Shown piece by piece: positions 36,006 to 46,966 of a DNA stretch of 64,000 nt. The first letter of the stretch is position 1. Each line of letters starts with the position of its first letter. A program made the translations under genes and the position numbers. The notes under the pieces are model-generated. The model did no database searches. It was given only the letters and a program-made list of their open reading frames with translations, and was not told the origin of the DNA. The stretch is from Phyllosticta citribraziliensis (Eukaryota), in the NCBI RefSeq assembly GCF_038025025.1, contig NW_027117344.1, positions 310,001 to 374,000 on the forward strand. Direction: 5' to 3'.

Positions 36006-37508
36006 TTACGACTTGGCAGCACCAGCCTTGATGAGGAGGATGTCGCCATCCTCAACGACGTACTCCTTACCCTTGGTCATAACCTTACCCTGGGCCTTGA
36101 GGGTGGCTTCGTCACCCAATTCCTTGAGGACATTGAAGTTGTAGACGACTACCTGGATAAAAGTCTTTTCAAAATCTGTCGAACATTAGCGTCGGAACAT
36201 GTCGATGGCAAAATGTACTTACCAGTGTGAATGACACCGGCAGCCTGCGGCGCCTTGGTGCCGGCACGGATAGTCCATTGCCTGACCTCGTCGGTACCAG
36301 TGGTGAAGAACGAGCTCAGGTTCAGGGCCTTGCGCATGGTGGTGATGGTCTTGGGCAGTGCCGACTGGGCTTCAATTTTCTTGCACTCCTCCTGGACCTC
36401 AGCCTCCGTCTCAAAACGCGAGAGACGTTCCTCGAGGCAGATGGAGATGGGAATGATTGTGTCGCCAGTGGCGTGCTCCTTGACCCACTCGGCAATCTTG
36501 GGGAGATGCTTGTTTTTCTTGCGAATGTAGTCCCTCTCGCTCAAGTTGACAAGGTAGACAACGGGCTTGGCAGTGAGAAGGAAGAGGGTGTTGATCGTCT
36601 CGACCTAATGCTTGAATTAGCATTTTGCAGACTTCAAAAGCATAGTCGTTGCAAGGTGGGAAAATGTGTGCTGGATCAGACGGGACGTCTTCTCACAAAG
36701 ACCTCGAAGCGTTGTATTTGGTGAGGCTTTCGAAGAGCTGGGATTATATCGGGCAGAGCCCTTGTTCATCATGAAAGCAAAAAGCAGAGAAACGGAGGAA
36801 TTGCGGCGACTTACTTCCTTGGGGGACCATTGACCCTTGCGGACATCCTTGCCAGCCTTCAGGTGCTCGAGAACCTTTTCGACGGTAGCTTGTTCTTCCC
36901 TAAGCTTCTTCATCTCCAAGCTCTGGCCACCTCTCCTGGTCTGCTTGACGTAGCCCTCGTGGGCCTTTTCGACAAACTCAATGTCCTTGATACGCAGCTC
37001 CTCGCTGATGATGTCCAAGTCACGGATCGGGTCGACGTCACCCTCGACGTGGATGATTTCAGCGTCGTCAAAGCATCTGACGACCTGGAAGATGGCATCG
37101 ACAGCGCGAATGTGCGACAAGAAGGAGTTACCCAGACCGGCACCGGTCGAGGCACCGCGGGTCAAACCAGCAATGTCATAGATGGTCAAGTGGGCGGGAA
37201 CCTCAGACTTGGGCTTGTAGTGCTTGCACAGCCAGTCGAAGCGCTCATCGGGCACGATGACGCGAGACTCTTCGGGCTCGATGGTAGCATAGGGAAAGTT
37301 GGCCGGGTTACCGAGGTGGCACTTGGTGATGGCCTGGAAGAGCGTAGACTTGCCGACGTTGGCAAGGCCGACCTGAAATCACTGTCAGGGTAAGAACTTT
37401 GAACAGCAACGCGGGGTGAGGCTGCCTACATACGATGCCGGACTTGAGGTTGTTGCCGGGCCTGCCCAGCAGCACCTTTTGCTCAGGTTGGGCCTTCTTG
37501 GGGGGCAT
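36006..37508 (-). CDS. OLA1: Obg-like ATPase 1 / YchF
   Basis: [65 protein letters not shown]. Introns 37433-37373, 36814-36605 and 36222-36176. Confidence 0.96.
36669..36779 (-). ncRNA. Candidate intronic box C/D snoRNA in OLA1 intron 2
   Basis: The intron is 210 nt, versus ~47-70 nt for most others here. Box C ATGATGA at 36772-36766 and box D CTGA at 36679-36676, about 95 nt apart, with a short TGCT/AGCA terminal stem. Confidence 0.6.
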
Positions 37509-37863
37509 CTTCTTCTTCTTGCTACTCGCGTAGGTGCGGTTGAAGGTGAGGATGAAGCACTGGACGCGGGGTCGACGAGGAATCGAGGAGCGCAGTAGGT
37601 TGGGTATCAAGGAATTGAAGAGTTGGCTGGGGGTGGTTGGAGGAATCTTGCCCGAGCGAAGATGGAGACGACTACCAAAAGTCTCTCCGAAGGTGCAGCG
37701 GATGAGGGTTGGATGAAAAAGAGTGAAGTGGGATGTTGAGAGGCGGGCCAGCGCAGGGTAAGGAACTGAGGACGCAAAATTCGCTTAGAGGTTCCTTGTC
37801 CGTTCCTCCGCTCCGGAGAGCGTCCGCCGGCGAGTCGGAGTCCCGTCGGCCGTCGGGCCAGCC

Positions 37864-37886
37864 TTACGTCATCGGCTAGTCACGTG
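37864..37886. promoter_or_regulatory. CRE-like TTACGTCA and bHLH/Cbf1-like GTCACGTG motifs in the divergent OLA1/PPPDE promoter
   Basis: TTACGTCA at 37864-37871 and GTCACGTG at 37879-37886. Motif match only. Confidence 0.3.
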
Positions 37887-38154
37887 CCGGCCCTGAATAA
37901 CCACCAAGGACTTCCCCGGTCCTGGTGAGCGCTAACCAATGCCGTGAACAGCCTTAGCCTAACCTGGGCCCTGCCTGAGATTCTTACCTACCTGACCTAT
38001 CCTTTCACCCTACAACAAACAACTAACTGTTCGCGCCCACGCCGACCACCCTCGCTCTCTATGCGGTTGCTGGCCATCGCTGCATCGCCCGCCTAAAATC
38101 CTCAGGTCGTGCGCCGCGTCCCACCGAAAGAACCGCCGATCACCTCTCTACGCC

Positions 38155-39209
38155 ATGTCCCAGTCGAAACCCAAGTCGTCGCGCAAGTCGGGCGCTTCGC
38201 ACCGCTCCACCCTCTCTGTTCAAAAGACGGAAATCAGGATCAACGTCTATGACCTTCTTCCTGTAAGCTGGCCCCGCTGCAGCGCGCCCCATCTATCAAT
38301 CTACGAGCATCAATGCGCTGCTTTGGCCTTTCCTATTTCAGAAGAACGATCGACTAACTGCTTGCAGCCCGGCAAGGTTTCCTCTGTCCTGTGGACCTTG
38401 GGTAGCGGTCTGCTACACTCTGGCGTGGTCATCAAAGACAAAGAGTATGCGTACGGCGGCCATGATCGCCGTGGCATGACAGGAGTCTATTGGACAAGGT
38501 CGGCGCTAACCTGCCACCGTCTGCCATCTAAAACAAAACTGACTTTGCTCTAGGCCGCGTGTTGAACCACCCGGTGGAACCTTTAGATGCGAAGTATTGC
38601 AAGGCTTCTCATTCCTGTCGGAAGAGGAATTGACGGCTGTCATCAAAGATGCAAGTTTGCCACACCCGCGCTGTTGATCATTGCTGACATTCGCAACAGG
38701 CTTCCGAGAAATTCCAAGGCACAGCCTACAACCTTCTCACATTCAACTGCAACCATTTTACGTCGTATCTGTGCGAGGCCTTGACAGCAAAACCTGCGCC
38801 TCGCTGGCTCAACCGCGCTGCTGCCATTGGCGTGGCTCTTCCATGTGTCGTACCGCGAGAGTGGATTGCTCCGCCGGACCACGACACAGCAGACGGTGAG
38901 CTTCTGTATGAAGACGAGCATGACGAACGCGCGGCCATGCTGCGCGGGAGTCAATCGTCTAGCAATCGAAGTAGTACCCTGCATTTGGCTACCAGTGACT
39001 CACAGGACCATCGGGGATACTATACCGACCGAGAGACCAGCCAGGATAGGAGCCGGACCCGGAGCAACACCCCTGGGGGTAGACGCTCAATGACATCGGG
39101 ATCTTGGAACGGATCAGAAAGAATGCTCGCCAACGGGAGAGATACCAGTGGCCGACCAATGCCACCCAGCGAAATGGCACCAGTTCCAAATAAAGGCCAG
39201 GTCCTTTGA
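38155..39209 (+). CDS. PPPDE/DeSI-family deubiquitinase/deSUMOylase
   Basis: INVYDL, LLHSGVVI..KEYAYGGH, YNLLTFNCNHFT, P.WLNRAAAIG. Introns 38263-38367, 38499-38553 and 38651-38699 (GC-AG). Confidence 0.92.
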
Positions 39210-39685
39210 GCTCAGTAACCCTCCACCATGATCGGGCTTATACCTCATTTTTTCACCCCAGTCCATCTGGGCCGGAGCATTGTCTGTATACCCTGCTTGT
39301 CCCTATTTCCTGTTGGAGAAGACTTCAATCTTGGGCTATGGTGCTTGCGAGACGCCTGTGGATTTCTCGACGAATACCTCGGAGCCACGTCTATACAGCT
39401 CCTGACGGACAAGACTGCCGCGGTCTGTACATGAGGAACGAAGAACACGATAGATATGGTGTGGAGCGCCTTGAAGATATGAAGCATTTGCATTTCAGTT
39501 TTGAGAGACCGTGCTACAATGGGCAGGAAGTCTGGCGTCTATGATTCGTATTTAGAGACCAATCGTATCATTTGTCGCATCACGCGGCCTTGCTCTGGAT
39601 AACTTTTTGTGACCGCGCCCAACACCAACAGTTCCATTCTGCGACTCCTCATTGCCCAGCCTCAGAACCTCGACAGCAACAATAT

Positions 39686-40375
39686 TTAACCCAGTCTTCT
39701 AGGCTTCTTGCTCCTGGTACCTCCAAACTTCAGCTTGGTGGAGTCCGACACCTTGGCAATCTTTGGCCGAATTGACATTCCCTCACTGCCCATGATGACC
39801 TTTCTAACAGCCTCCCTGCCATCGCCAAAACCCCTGAAGACAAGTTCGAGTTCGCGAATCTCCGGCAGCAGACCTCTTTCCTGAATCTGGGTGAGCACCC
39901 AAGCACCGAGCTGGTACGCCGCGTCGAAGGAGCTGCGATGGTGCTTGCGGAAACCCAAGTTGCCCGCTGCGACACTGATGATTGGATTGCGGTCCGGCGT
40001 GGTGAGGGTGATGTGCGTGTTGTGCTTCGAGCAGACGACGTGCATGTGGTGTGGCTCGGGCGGTTTTTCTTGTCCGAACGTCGATTTCATGAGGCCTGGC
40101 TGGTTGAGGCCGCCCCCGACGACCATTTGCATGTACTTGGCAGAGTCATGCGGCGGACGTGGTATGTCGGTTTTGAGATTGCCTATATTGAGTAGGGTCT
40201 GGGCCTGATCGAATTCGTTTCCGGAGTCGCGGGATTGCAGCGCGCGAGCGGTTGTGGAAAGTTGTTTGTGGCCTGAGAGAGGGTTCGTGGTGGCCTTCGA
40301 CATGCGGCATACCGAGGGCGTTGCTCGGCTGAGGCGATTGAAGACCCGCAGGCCTTCTCGTCGTGTTGATTGCAT
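39686..40375 (-). CDS. MRPS18: Mitochondrial ribosomal protein uS11m (yeast MRPS18-like)
   Basis: R/S-rich presequence; KHNTHITLT, AAGNLGFRK..R.SFDAAYQL, FRGFGDGREA, DST.LKFGGTRSKKPRRLG. Confidence 0.9.
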   Translation of the reverse strand: MQSTRREGLRVFNRLSRATPSVCRMSKATTNPLSGHKQLSTTARALQSRDSGNEFDQAQTLLNIGNLKTDIPRPPHDSAKYMQMVVGGGLNQPGLMKSTFGQEKPPEPHHMHVVCSKHNTHITLTTPDRNPIISVAAGNLGFRKHHRSSFDAAYQLGAWVLTQIQERGLLPEIRELELVFRGFGDGREAVRKVIMGSEGMSIRPKIAKVSDSTKLKFGGTRSKKPRRLG

Positions 40376-40621
40376 GGTGCAGGGCGTTGATTGAAGAGTT
40401 GAGTCGCAATGGATTGGAGTGCATGCGACTGGTCGAGCGCGCCGCTGTCGGCAAATATTCGGCCAGCTAGGGCAAGGTTTAGTTTTACTTCACCTCCGGC
40501 CTTTGCGACGACATCGTACAACTTTGAACGCCGCTCAACAAATACCTACTTTGCTCTCTTCTACCGCTCTTCGGAGTTCTTGCGTCTCCCTAACCCTCAG
40601 TTCCATCCCAGCGCTACCAGT

Positions 40622-42299
40622 ATGAAGGCGTTTGCCGGCAGCGCCGTCGGCGCGCGGGTTGGAGGGTTTGCCCGCGGTTCACGGCCGGCTTCATCACAAA
40701 TTTCAGCTTATACCCGGGCTGCGTCTCGTCGACAGCTATCCTCTGCCGTCTCCTCATCGCAGCGTCCTAGCTTGTCACGCCAATCTCCAATTCCTTCCTC
40801 GATACCCTTTCTCCGATCCCACCTCGAGCCACAAGACATCCTCCTACGATCATCTGCCCTCTACGCAAGACACTTCCATGCAGGCTCTCAACTGAGCCAA
40901 GAGCAAAAAACAAAGGAGTCAGCCTCGTCATCTGAAGAGAGCGCCAAGGCGGAAGATCCAAAGGACGAGAAGAAGGAGAGCTCCGAGGGTGGCGAGAAGA
41001 AAGCCGAGGGCGAAGGCGAGGGCGAAGGCGAAGAGTCAGATAAGAAGAAGAAGGACGATGCTCCTCCACCTCCACCTCCGCCACATGGCGACAAGACGCC
41101 CTGGCAGGTCTTCACGGAAACTCTCAAGACCGAATTCAAGGCCTCGAAGGAGTGGAACGATTCGACAAAGCAACTTGCCGCTGGCGTCGAAGACTTTACT
41201 CAAAACGAGAACGTTAAGCGTGCCCGCACGGCCTACTCCAAGGCTACCGAAACCGCCTCCAGCACGACTGCAAAGGTCCTGAAGACTACGGGATCTGCGA
41301 TTGGACAAAGTGCGGCATGGACGTGGGACACTGTTCCCGTCAAGGTCATTCGCAAAGGTGCGAATGCTACGGGCAAGGGTCTGGAGAAGATCACCAGGCC
41401 TGTGAGGGAAACTGAGGCATACAAGAACGTCAAAGACGTGATCGATGACGGAAGCTCTTCAAGATACGGTGGATGGGTGGAGAAGGAGGAGAGACGGAAG
41501 AAGAGGGAAGAGCGTGAGCGCAAGAGCGGAAATCCAAGGACGTTGGAGAAGATGGAGGAAGATCCCGAGTGCGTATCTCTGAGTCTGGTCGAAGTTGGGA
41601 CAATGGAGCTAACTGGATAACAGTGCGGGAACCAACGTCACCCTCCACAAGGATGCTGCCTGGAAAGAATCCTGGCGGGACTTCCGTGAAAACAGCCGTC
41701 TTATGCAATCCGTCTTCGCCATGAAGTCCACGTACCGCGATTCCGAGAACCCTCTGATCAGCACCGCCCGCTCCATTTCCGACAGCATCGCTGGTTTCTT
41801 TGCCGAGAACGAGACGGCAATGGTCATCAAGAAGTTCAAGGAAATGGACCCTACCTTCCAGCTTGAGCCTTTCCTGACGGAGATGCGCGAGTACATTCTT
41901 CCTGAAGTCTTGGATGCTTACGTCAAGGGCGACATTGAGGTCCTCAAGCTCTGGCTGAGCGCGGCTCAGTACCAAGTTTACGCTGCTCTGATGCAGCAAT
42001 ACACCACCGCTGGCATGAAGTCGGACGGCCGAATTCTCGACATCCGCAACGTAGAGATCTTGAATGCACGCCTGCTGGACCCGGGTGAGATTCCTGTTTT
42101 CATCGTCACCTGCAGGACTCAAGAAGTCCACACTTTCAAGAACGCCAAGACGGGCGAGCTTGCTGCTGGCATGGAGGACAAGGTCCAGCAAGTCACGTAT
42201 GCCATTGGTGTCACGAGGATCCCGGAGGATGTGAACAACCCCGAGACCCGCGGATGGCGGTTGATTGAGCTTCAGAAGAGCGCCAGGGAGTACATCTAA
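40622..42299 (+). CDS. TIM44: Mitochondrial import inner membrane translocase subunit Tim44
   Basis: Presequence; HGDKTPWQVFTETL, SSRYGGW, ESENPLIST-like block, FFAENETA, DPTFQLEPFL.EMREYILPEVLDAY, CRTQEVH. Intron 41569-41623. Confidence 0.95.
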
Positions 42300-43148
42300 G
42301 CATGCAAGCGGGCCGAAAACAACTCCGTGGTTTCTCTCTATTCCTGCTTCTCGACGAGGCCGACGCCGAGCCATTTCAGCGACTCTGCTCTTCTTCTCTG
42401 CTCAAATTCGAATCTAGGTGCTTTATGACGCCTCTCGACCCGAGTTGGCGTCCTGTGTCGGCGACGAAGCATTTTTCCGGCGTATGAAAAACAAAAGTCG
42501 TTTGTACCATATACCAAGCGCCCCTTCTTCTTTTTCACGTTTCCTGCGGCCGGTATAGACGTGTGGACGGATTTCATTCAATGTTATGATGGCGCAGGAA
42601 AAGCGCTCCACTCACCCCACTCATGTACAGTATTACTGGTTGGACTTTTGGACTTTTTCGCCGTAGGGGGGACTTGGTCCTTGCGGAAAGGTGGCACTTT
42701 GATGAGTAATTACCTTTGAAAGTCTCATGTTCATGATGTGTCGTTCTCTCGCTTTTTGCACTGTACTCTGGAAGCTCCACGTTCAATGTATACTGACCCT
42801 TCTCTTGTAGAATCCAAAACGCAGCTCCGCAGACAGACAAGCCTTTGTTCATGATGTGGGCTACAAGATACCTCTCCTCGGACAAGGAATGCCGGGAAAG
42901 AGATTTTCGACACCTGGGTCCCAGTCTATTCCGTGGGCATTGCTGCTGTTAGTGAACGACCCTGGATGACGTACAGTGCGGGGCCCCGCAGCCGAGTCGG
43001 CAAGCCGAACGGGTAGATCGGCATCTTTGTCCCAACACCTCACCTTCAACACCCGTTGACAGCAAGGATTACATCCATATCAATCTCTCTTGAAATTGGC
43101 CATGCCTTTCCTGCAGTACCCTCTCTCCGACCATCTCAATCGACCTCC

Positions 43149-44801
43149 ATGATGACACTCCCATCAAGTTGCGCCGTCTTGGTTGTCGGAACCGGCAACG
43201 CCGGTCTGAGCGCCGCCATCTCTGCTGCTAAACATTTACACTCCACACTTCCCTCTTCAGAAAAGCAACGTATTCTCGTCATCGACAAGTGTCCGGCCAC
43301 ATGGGCTGGTGGCAACACGTACTTCACTGCAGGCGCGTACCGCACTGCGCACGCGGGCCTCGAAGCGCTGCTGCCCATCGTCAACAACGTGGCACACTCT
43401 TCGAAGAAGATTATTCCCAGACACAATGCATCCTCAAGTGCCTCCACCGTCCCACCAGATGCTTCCCAGATTGACCTGCCTCCTTACTCTGCAGGAGCTT
43501 TTCATGCAGACCTCATGCGGGTAACGCAGGGCCGCTGCGACCAAGATCTCGCCCGCATACTCGTCTCAGACAGCTGGCCCGCAGTCTGGTGGCTCGAAGA
43601 CCTCGGCGTGCACTTCCAGCTCAGCTATAACCGCCAAGCCTATCTCGTCGACGGCCGCCACAAGTTCTGGGGCGGGCTGGCCTTGAAAACGGAGGATGGA
43701 GGAAAGGGACTGGTGCAGGACCTCCTGGGCGCGGCGGAGAGACACGGCGTCGAAATCGTGTACGAAGCCGCGCTGCAACGGTTGGTGAAGGATGAGAAAA
43801 CCGGCGCTGTGTTAGGCGCTGTCGTCAGGTTCGAGGGCCGCGATGTCCTCGTTAACGCGGGCGCCGTCATTCTCGCCGCCGGTGGGTTCGAAGCAAATCC
43901 GCGCATGCGAGCGCAGTACCTCGGGCCTGGATGGGACCTCGCCCTCGTACGGGGGACGCCCTACAACACCGGCGAAGGCCTCGAAATCGCCATGCGCGAC
44001 GCGGACGCGAAGCAGGCCGGCAACTGGTCTGGCTGCCATTCGGTGGCATGGGACGCACACGCGCCGCCTAATGGCGGCGACCGCGCCGTTACGAACGAGT
44101 TCACCAAGTCGGGGTATCCGCTGGGCATCATGGTGAACGTCGAAGGCAAGCGGTTCGTGGACGAAGGCGTTGATTTTAGAAACTACACGTACGCTCGGTT
44201 TGGCAGGGCGATTTTGAACCAGCCCGGGGGCGTGGCGTTCCAGGTCTGGGATGCTAGGACTTCTGCGTTGTTGAGAGGTGAAGAGTATCGGGATGAGGTT
44301 GTCAAGAAGATCACGTCAGGCTCGCGGGAGGAGTTGGCGGCGAAATGTCAGGAAGACGGCTTATCCAGCATCGACAGCTTTTTGCGGACGGTAGAACGCT
44401 ACAACGACGCGGTGTACGCTCACCGCAAGACTCACCCGCATCTCTCATTCAACCCCGCTGTCAAGGACGGCCTATCTACCCGACCAGGCGCTCTGGACAT
44501 TCCAAAATCGAACTGGGCGCTCCCGTTAGACAAACCGCCTTTCCTGGCTGTCAAGGTCGGCTGTGGAATTACCTTCACGTTTGGTGGGTTGTCAGTGGAC
44601 CCAGAGACGGCGGCCGTCATCTCGACCGCGGAATCAAAGCCCATGGAGGGTCTTTACGCCATTGGTGAGATGCTCGGTGGTCTCTACTACGGCAACTATC
44701 CGGGCGGCAGCGGATTGACCGCTGGCACTGTCTGGGGGAGAAGAGCTGGGGAAGACGCGGCTCGTAGGGCGGTCAAGAAATCTACTGGAGCGAAACTTTG
44801 A
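43149..44801 (+). CDS. FAD-dependent oxidoreductase, TcuA/CobZ (tricarballylate dehydrogenase)-like, intronless
   Basis: VLVVGTGNAGLSAA, AGGNTYFTAGA, KFWGGL, LAAGGFEAN..MRAQYLGPGWD.A.VRGTPYNTG, RFVDEGVDFRNYTYA.FG, GITFTFGGL, GLYYGNYPGGSGLTAG. Confidence 0.88.
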   Translation: MMTLPSSCAVLVVGTGNAGLSAAISAAKHLHSTLPSSEKQRILVIDKCPATWAGGNTYFTAGAYRTAHAGLEALLPIVNNVAHSSKKIIPRHNASSSASTVPPDASQIDLPPYSAGAFHADLMRVTQGRCDQDLARILVSDSWPAVWWLEDLGVHFQLSYNRQAYLVDGRHKFWGGLALKTEDGGKGLVQDLLGAAERHGVEIVYEAALQRLVKDEKTGAVLGAVVRFEGRDVLVNAGAVILAAGGFEANPRMRAQYLGPGWDLALVRGTPYNTGEGLEIAMRDADAKQAGNWSGCHSVAWDAHAPPNGGDRAVTNEFTKSGYPLGIMVNVEGKRFVDEGVDFRNYTYARFGRAILNQPGGVAFQVWDARTSALLRGEEYRDEVVKKITSGSREELAAKCQEDGLSSIDSFLRTVERYNDAVYAHRKTHPHLSFNPAVKDGLSTRPGALDIPKSNWALPLDKPPFLAVKVGCGITFTFGGLSVDPETAAVISTAESKPMEGLYAIGEMLGGLYYGNYPGGSGLTAGTVWGRRAGEDAARRAVKKSTGAKL

Positions 44802-45302
44802 AGAAGACGAGGGTAGTGAGACCAATCTTTCATTTTCGCAGTGTATAGTCGAAGAACTCGTCAGCCTGGTGCCGCGGTTTGGTCTATCACATGGATAGCG
44901 AACCCCGAGTCTCGCTCCCTTTGTTGATGCCAGGTCCTCTCGTTTCCTTGTGTAAACGGCGAACATCAACCTTGCCACCCGCCTCCCCTCTCCCTGGCCA
45001 CAATACAGAAGTCCTTGCTTCAACTTTACCGAGGGTCAACTAGGATTACAGGAGAATCGACAAGTATGAACAGTGGTATCGCAGATCATCGTCCTTCGTT
45101 CCATGGAAATTTGAAATGGAAGGCAGAAGCATCCGTTAACTGGCCGAATACTGAATACCTCTCTACCTCCTTCCGACCCGTTCGGTGTCCAATTCGGTCC
45201 CAGCGTTTCCAATCGATCCTGAAAGGCGGTCGCAGCCACAACGTCCCCAGAAGCCAAGTACTCCCTTTCCTTGACCTTCCCGTGGATGATCAAATCTGCG
45301 CC

Positions 45303-45732
45303 CTACTGAGGATTGGAAGAAACTCCCTTCGCAGGACCTGGGCCAAGTTCCGGCGTGGAATTCTTCAGCCACGGTCGGATTGTCCCATTGTAATGGGCCA
45401 TTATGGCTTCTTCGTCAAAAGGCTCTGAGACGGATCATCAGTTGCTGCCGGCAACAACAAAAGCGGAAAGAGCGGGAGGAAAGTTACTCGCCTTCTTCCG
45501 TCTCGTCCGTCGGAAGTGTGGTCTCGTTGCTGGGCCTCTCGGTCGCGTTGTCGCTTTTCTTTGCAAGGTCCTTTGGAGGTTCCTTCGGCTCGTCGGCGGG
45601 TTTCTTGGTGAGAAGCTCGAGCACGATCAAATCGGCGATTGCTGGAATCTTGTCGCAGACGGCGAAGATTGCTTTGTTCAGGCGCTGGCGGTCTATGCTC
45701 GAGATGAGTACCCTCGTCTTTCGAGAATTCAT
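45303..45732 (-). CDS. Truncated member of the local zinc-finger family (N-terminal helical domain only)
   Basis: LISSIDRQRLNKAIFAVCDKIPAIADLIVLELL matches the family N-terminus. Unspliced stop at 45484. A possible GC-AG intron 45491-45425 would extend it to TAG at 45305-45303. No Cys/His domain. Confidence 0.5.
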
Positions 45733-46173
45733 GGTGGGATGAGGAAGGTGGTTTGAGAATCGAGCAGTGAGAATCCCGGAAGCAAGAGTTCTTCTTGCTG
45801 TGATGCAGTTTAAGACAGGATTTTGGTCGTATTTACATAAACACAGGATCCTGCGTTGGTTGATGCGTCAGCAAGGAGTTTGCACAAGCGTTGTGCTCAT
45901 GTTCAGCGTTCCATGGTCGATTCTGGTGCTTATCCAAGGCTCACGGGGACATAGGAAGGGATACATGAAGATGGTTTGGGGTGGGTCCAAAATCAACGCC
46001 TCTTTGAATTAGAAAGGACAACCCATCTCCTTTCACGATTTGCTGTGGTTGAGGACCATTTACGACACCTTCCTTCATCTTCTTCACAAGCCAGCTTCGA
46101 CTCTCATCTTTCCGAATGGGTGGGGAAAGCCATGGTCGACCGCCGCAGATTCACTAGCCCCACATGTATCTCT

Positions 46174-46700
46174 TCACAGCCTCCGGCCGGAATTTGTTTT
46201 CTCTTCATGCCATCCAGTTTTACAGCCCTCTGAGTCGGCTTGTCCTTCGCAGCAACTCCACACGAAACCTTCAGGGAAGTTGACTTTGTTCTCTTCATCG
46301 TCAATGGGACCGTGGCAGTCCTCGTCATGGTCGGCCCAGAAATCATCGTCAGTGGGCTCAAGCTCCTCTGCGATGCCTGCGTTAGCCGCCGCGAAATTGA
46401 CCGATTCCCTGGTATCTTACCATCGTGGTATTTGCAGGCGGTTTTTGAGTTCTGCGTCACATCGAACTCTTCGCGACATAGAGAGCAGACTGCATATCTC
46501 GGACGCTTCTTGCCTCGCGGGGGCGCACTCTCTTTCTGGTTTTTGGTGGTAGATTCATCGCTGTCGGACGTTTCCGTCAAAAGCTGCTTTGAGACGAGGG
46601 CCTTAGAGACTTCCGACTCTTGACAGATATTTATAAGCACTGTCTGCAGCCGTTCCAGATCTGCGGTGTTGATTGCTCGAGTCAAGACGTCGCCCGACAT
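46174..46700 (-). CDS. Uncharacterised fungal Cys/His zinc-finger protein (family copy A, intact)
   Basis: AINTADLERLQTVLINICQES; RYAVCSLCREEFDVTQN..ACKYHD; intron 46420-46368; FWADHDEDCHGPID..FPEGFVWSCC...GC.TGWH. Confidence 0.85.
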
Positions 46701-46966
46701 GGTGAGAACAGAGCCCGAGTTGGGGGGAAATGGCGTGGAAGACGGTCGAATCTTCAGCTGGAAATAGTTTTGAAATTCGGGCCCGACTCTCAAGCTTCAG
46801 GTTTCGACTACCTAGTGGGAGAAAGGAGAAAAGACGCGAATTTCTGAAAGACGTGTCGTAGACGCGGCGACGCGTTGAGTGTCGGGATTGTCCGGGCAAC
46901 TTTAAAGTGGAGCACAGAACGCCTATCAGCGAACAGGCGGCTCTGTACTACCCCTGCCACTGGAGC

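Noticed and set aside
40409..40621. Longer TIM44 N-terminus from the ORF track
   Set aside because: It would occupy almost the whole divergent promoter; the presequence-like sequence begins at ATG 40622.
42574..43052. Small minus-strand ORFs between TIM44 and the TcuA-like gene
   Set aside because: No recognisable motif and no convincing start or exon chain.
43149..44801. Recent bacterial horizontal transfer of the intronless TcuA-like gene
   Set aside because: Such flavoproteins are, to my knowledge, widespread in filamentous fungi, and several native genes here are also intronless. A phylogeny would be needed.
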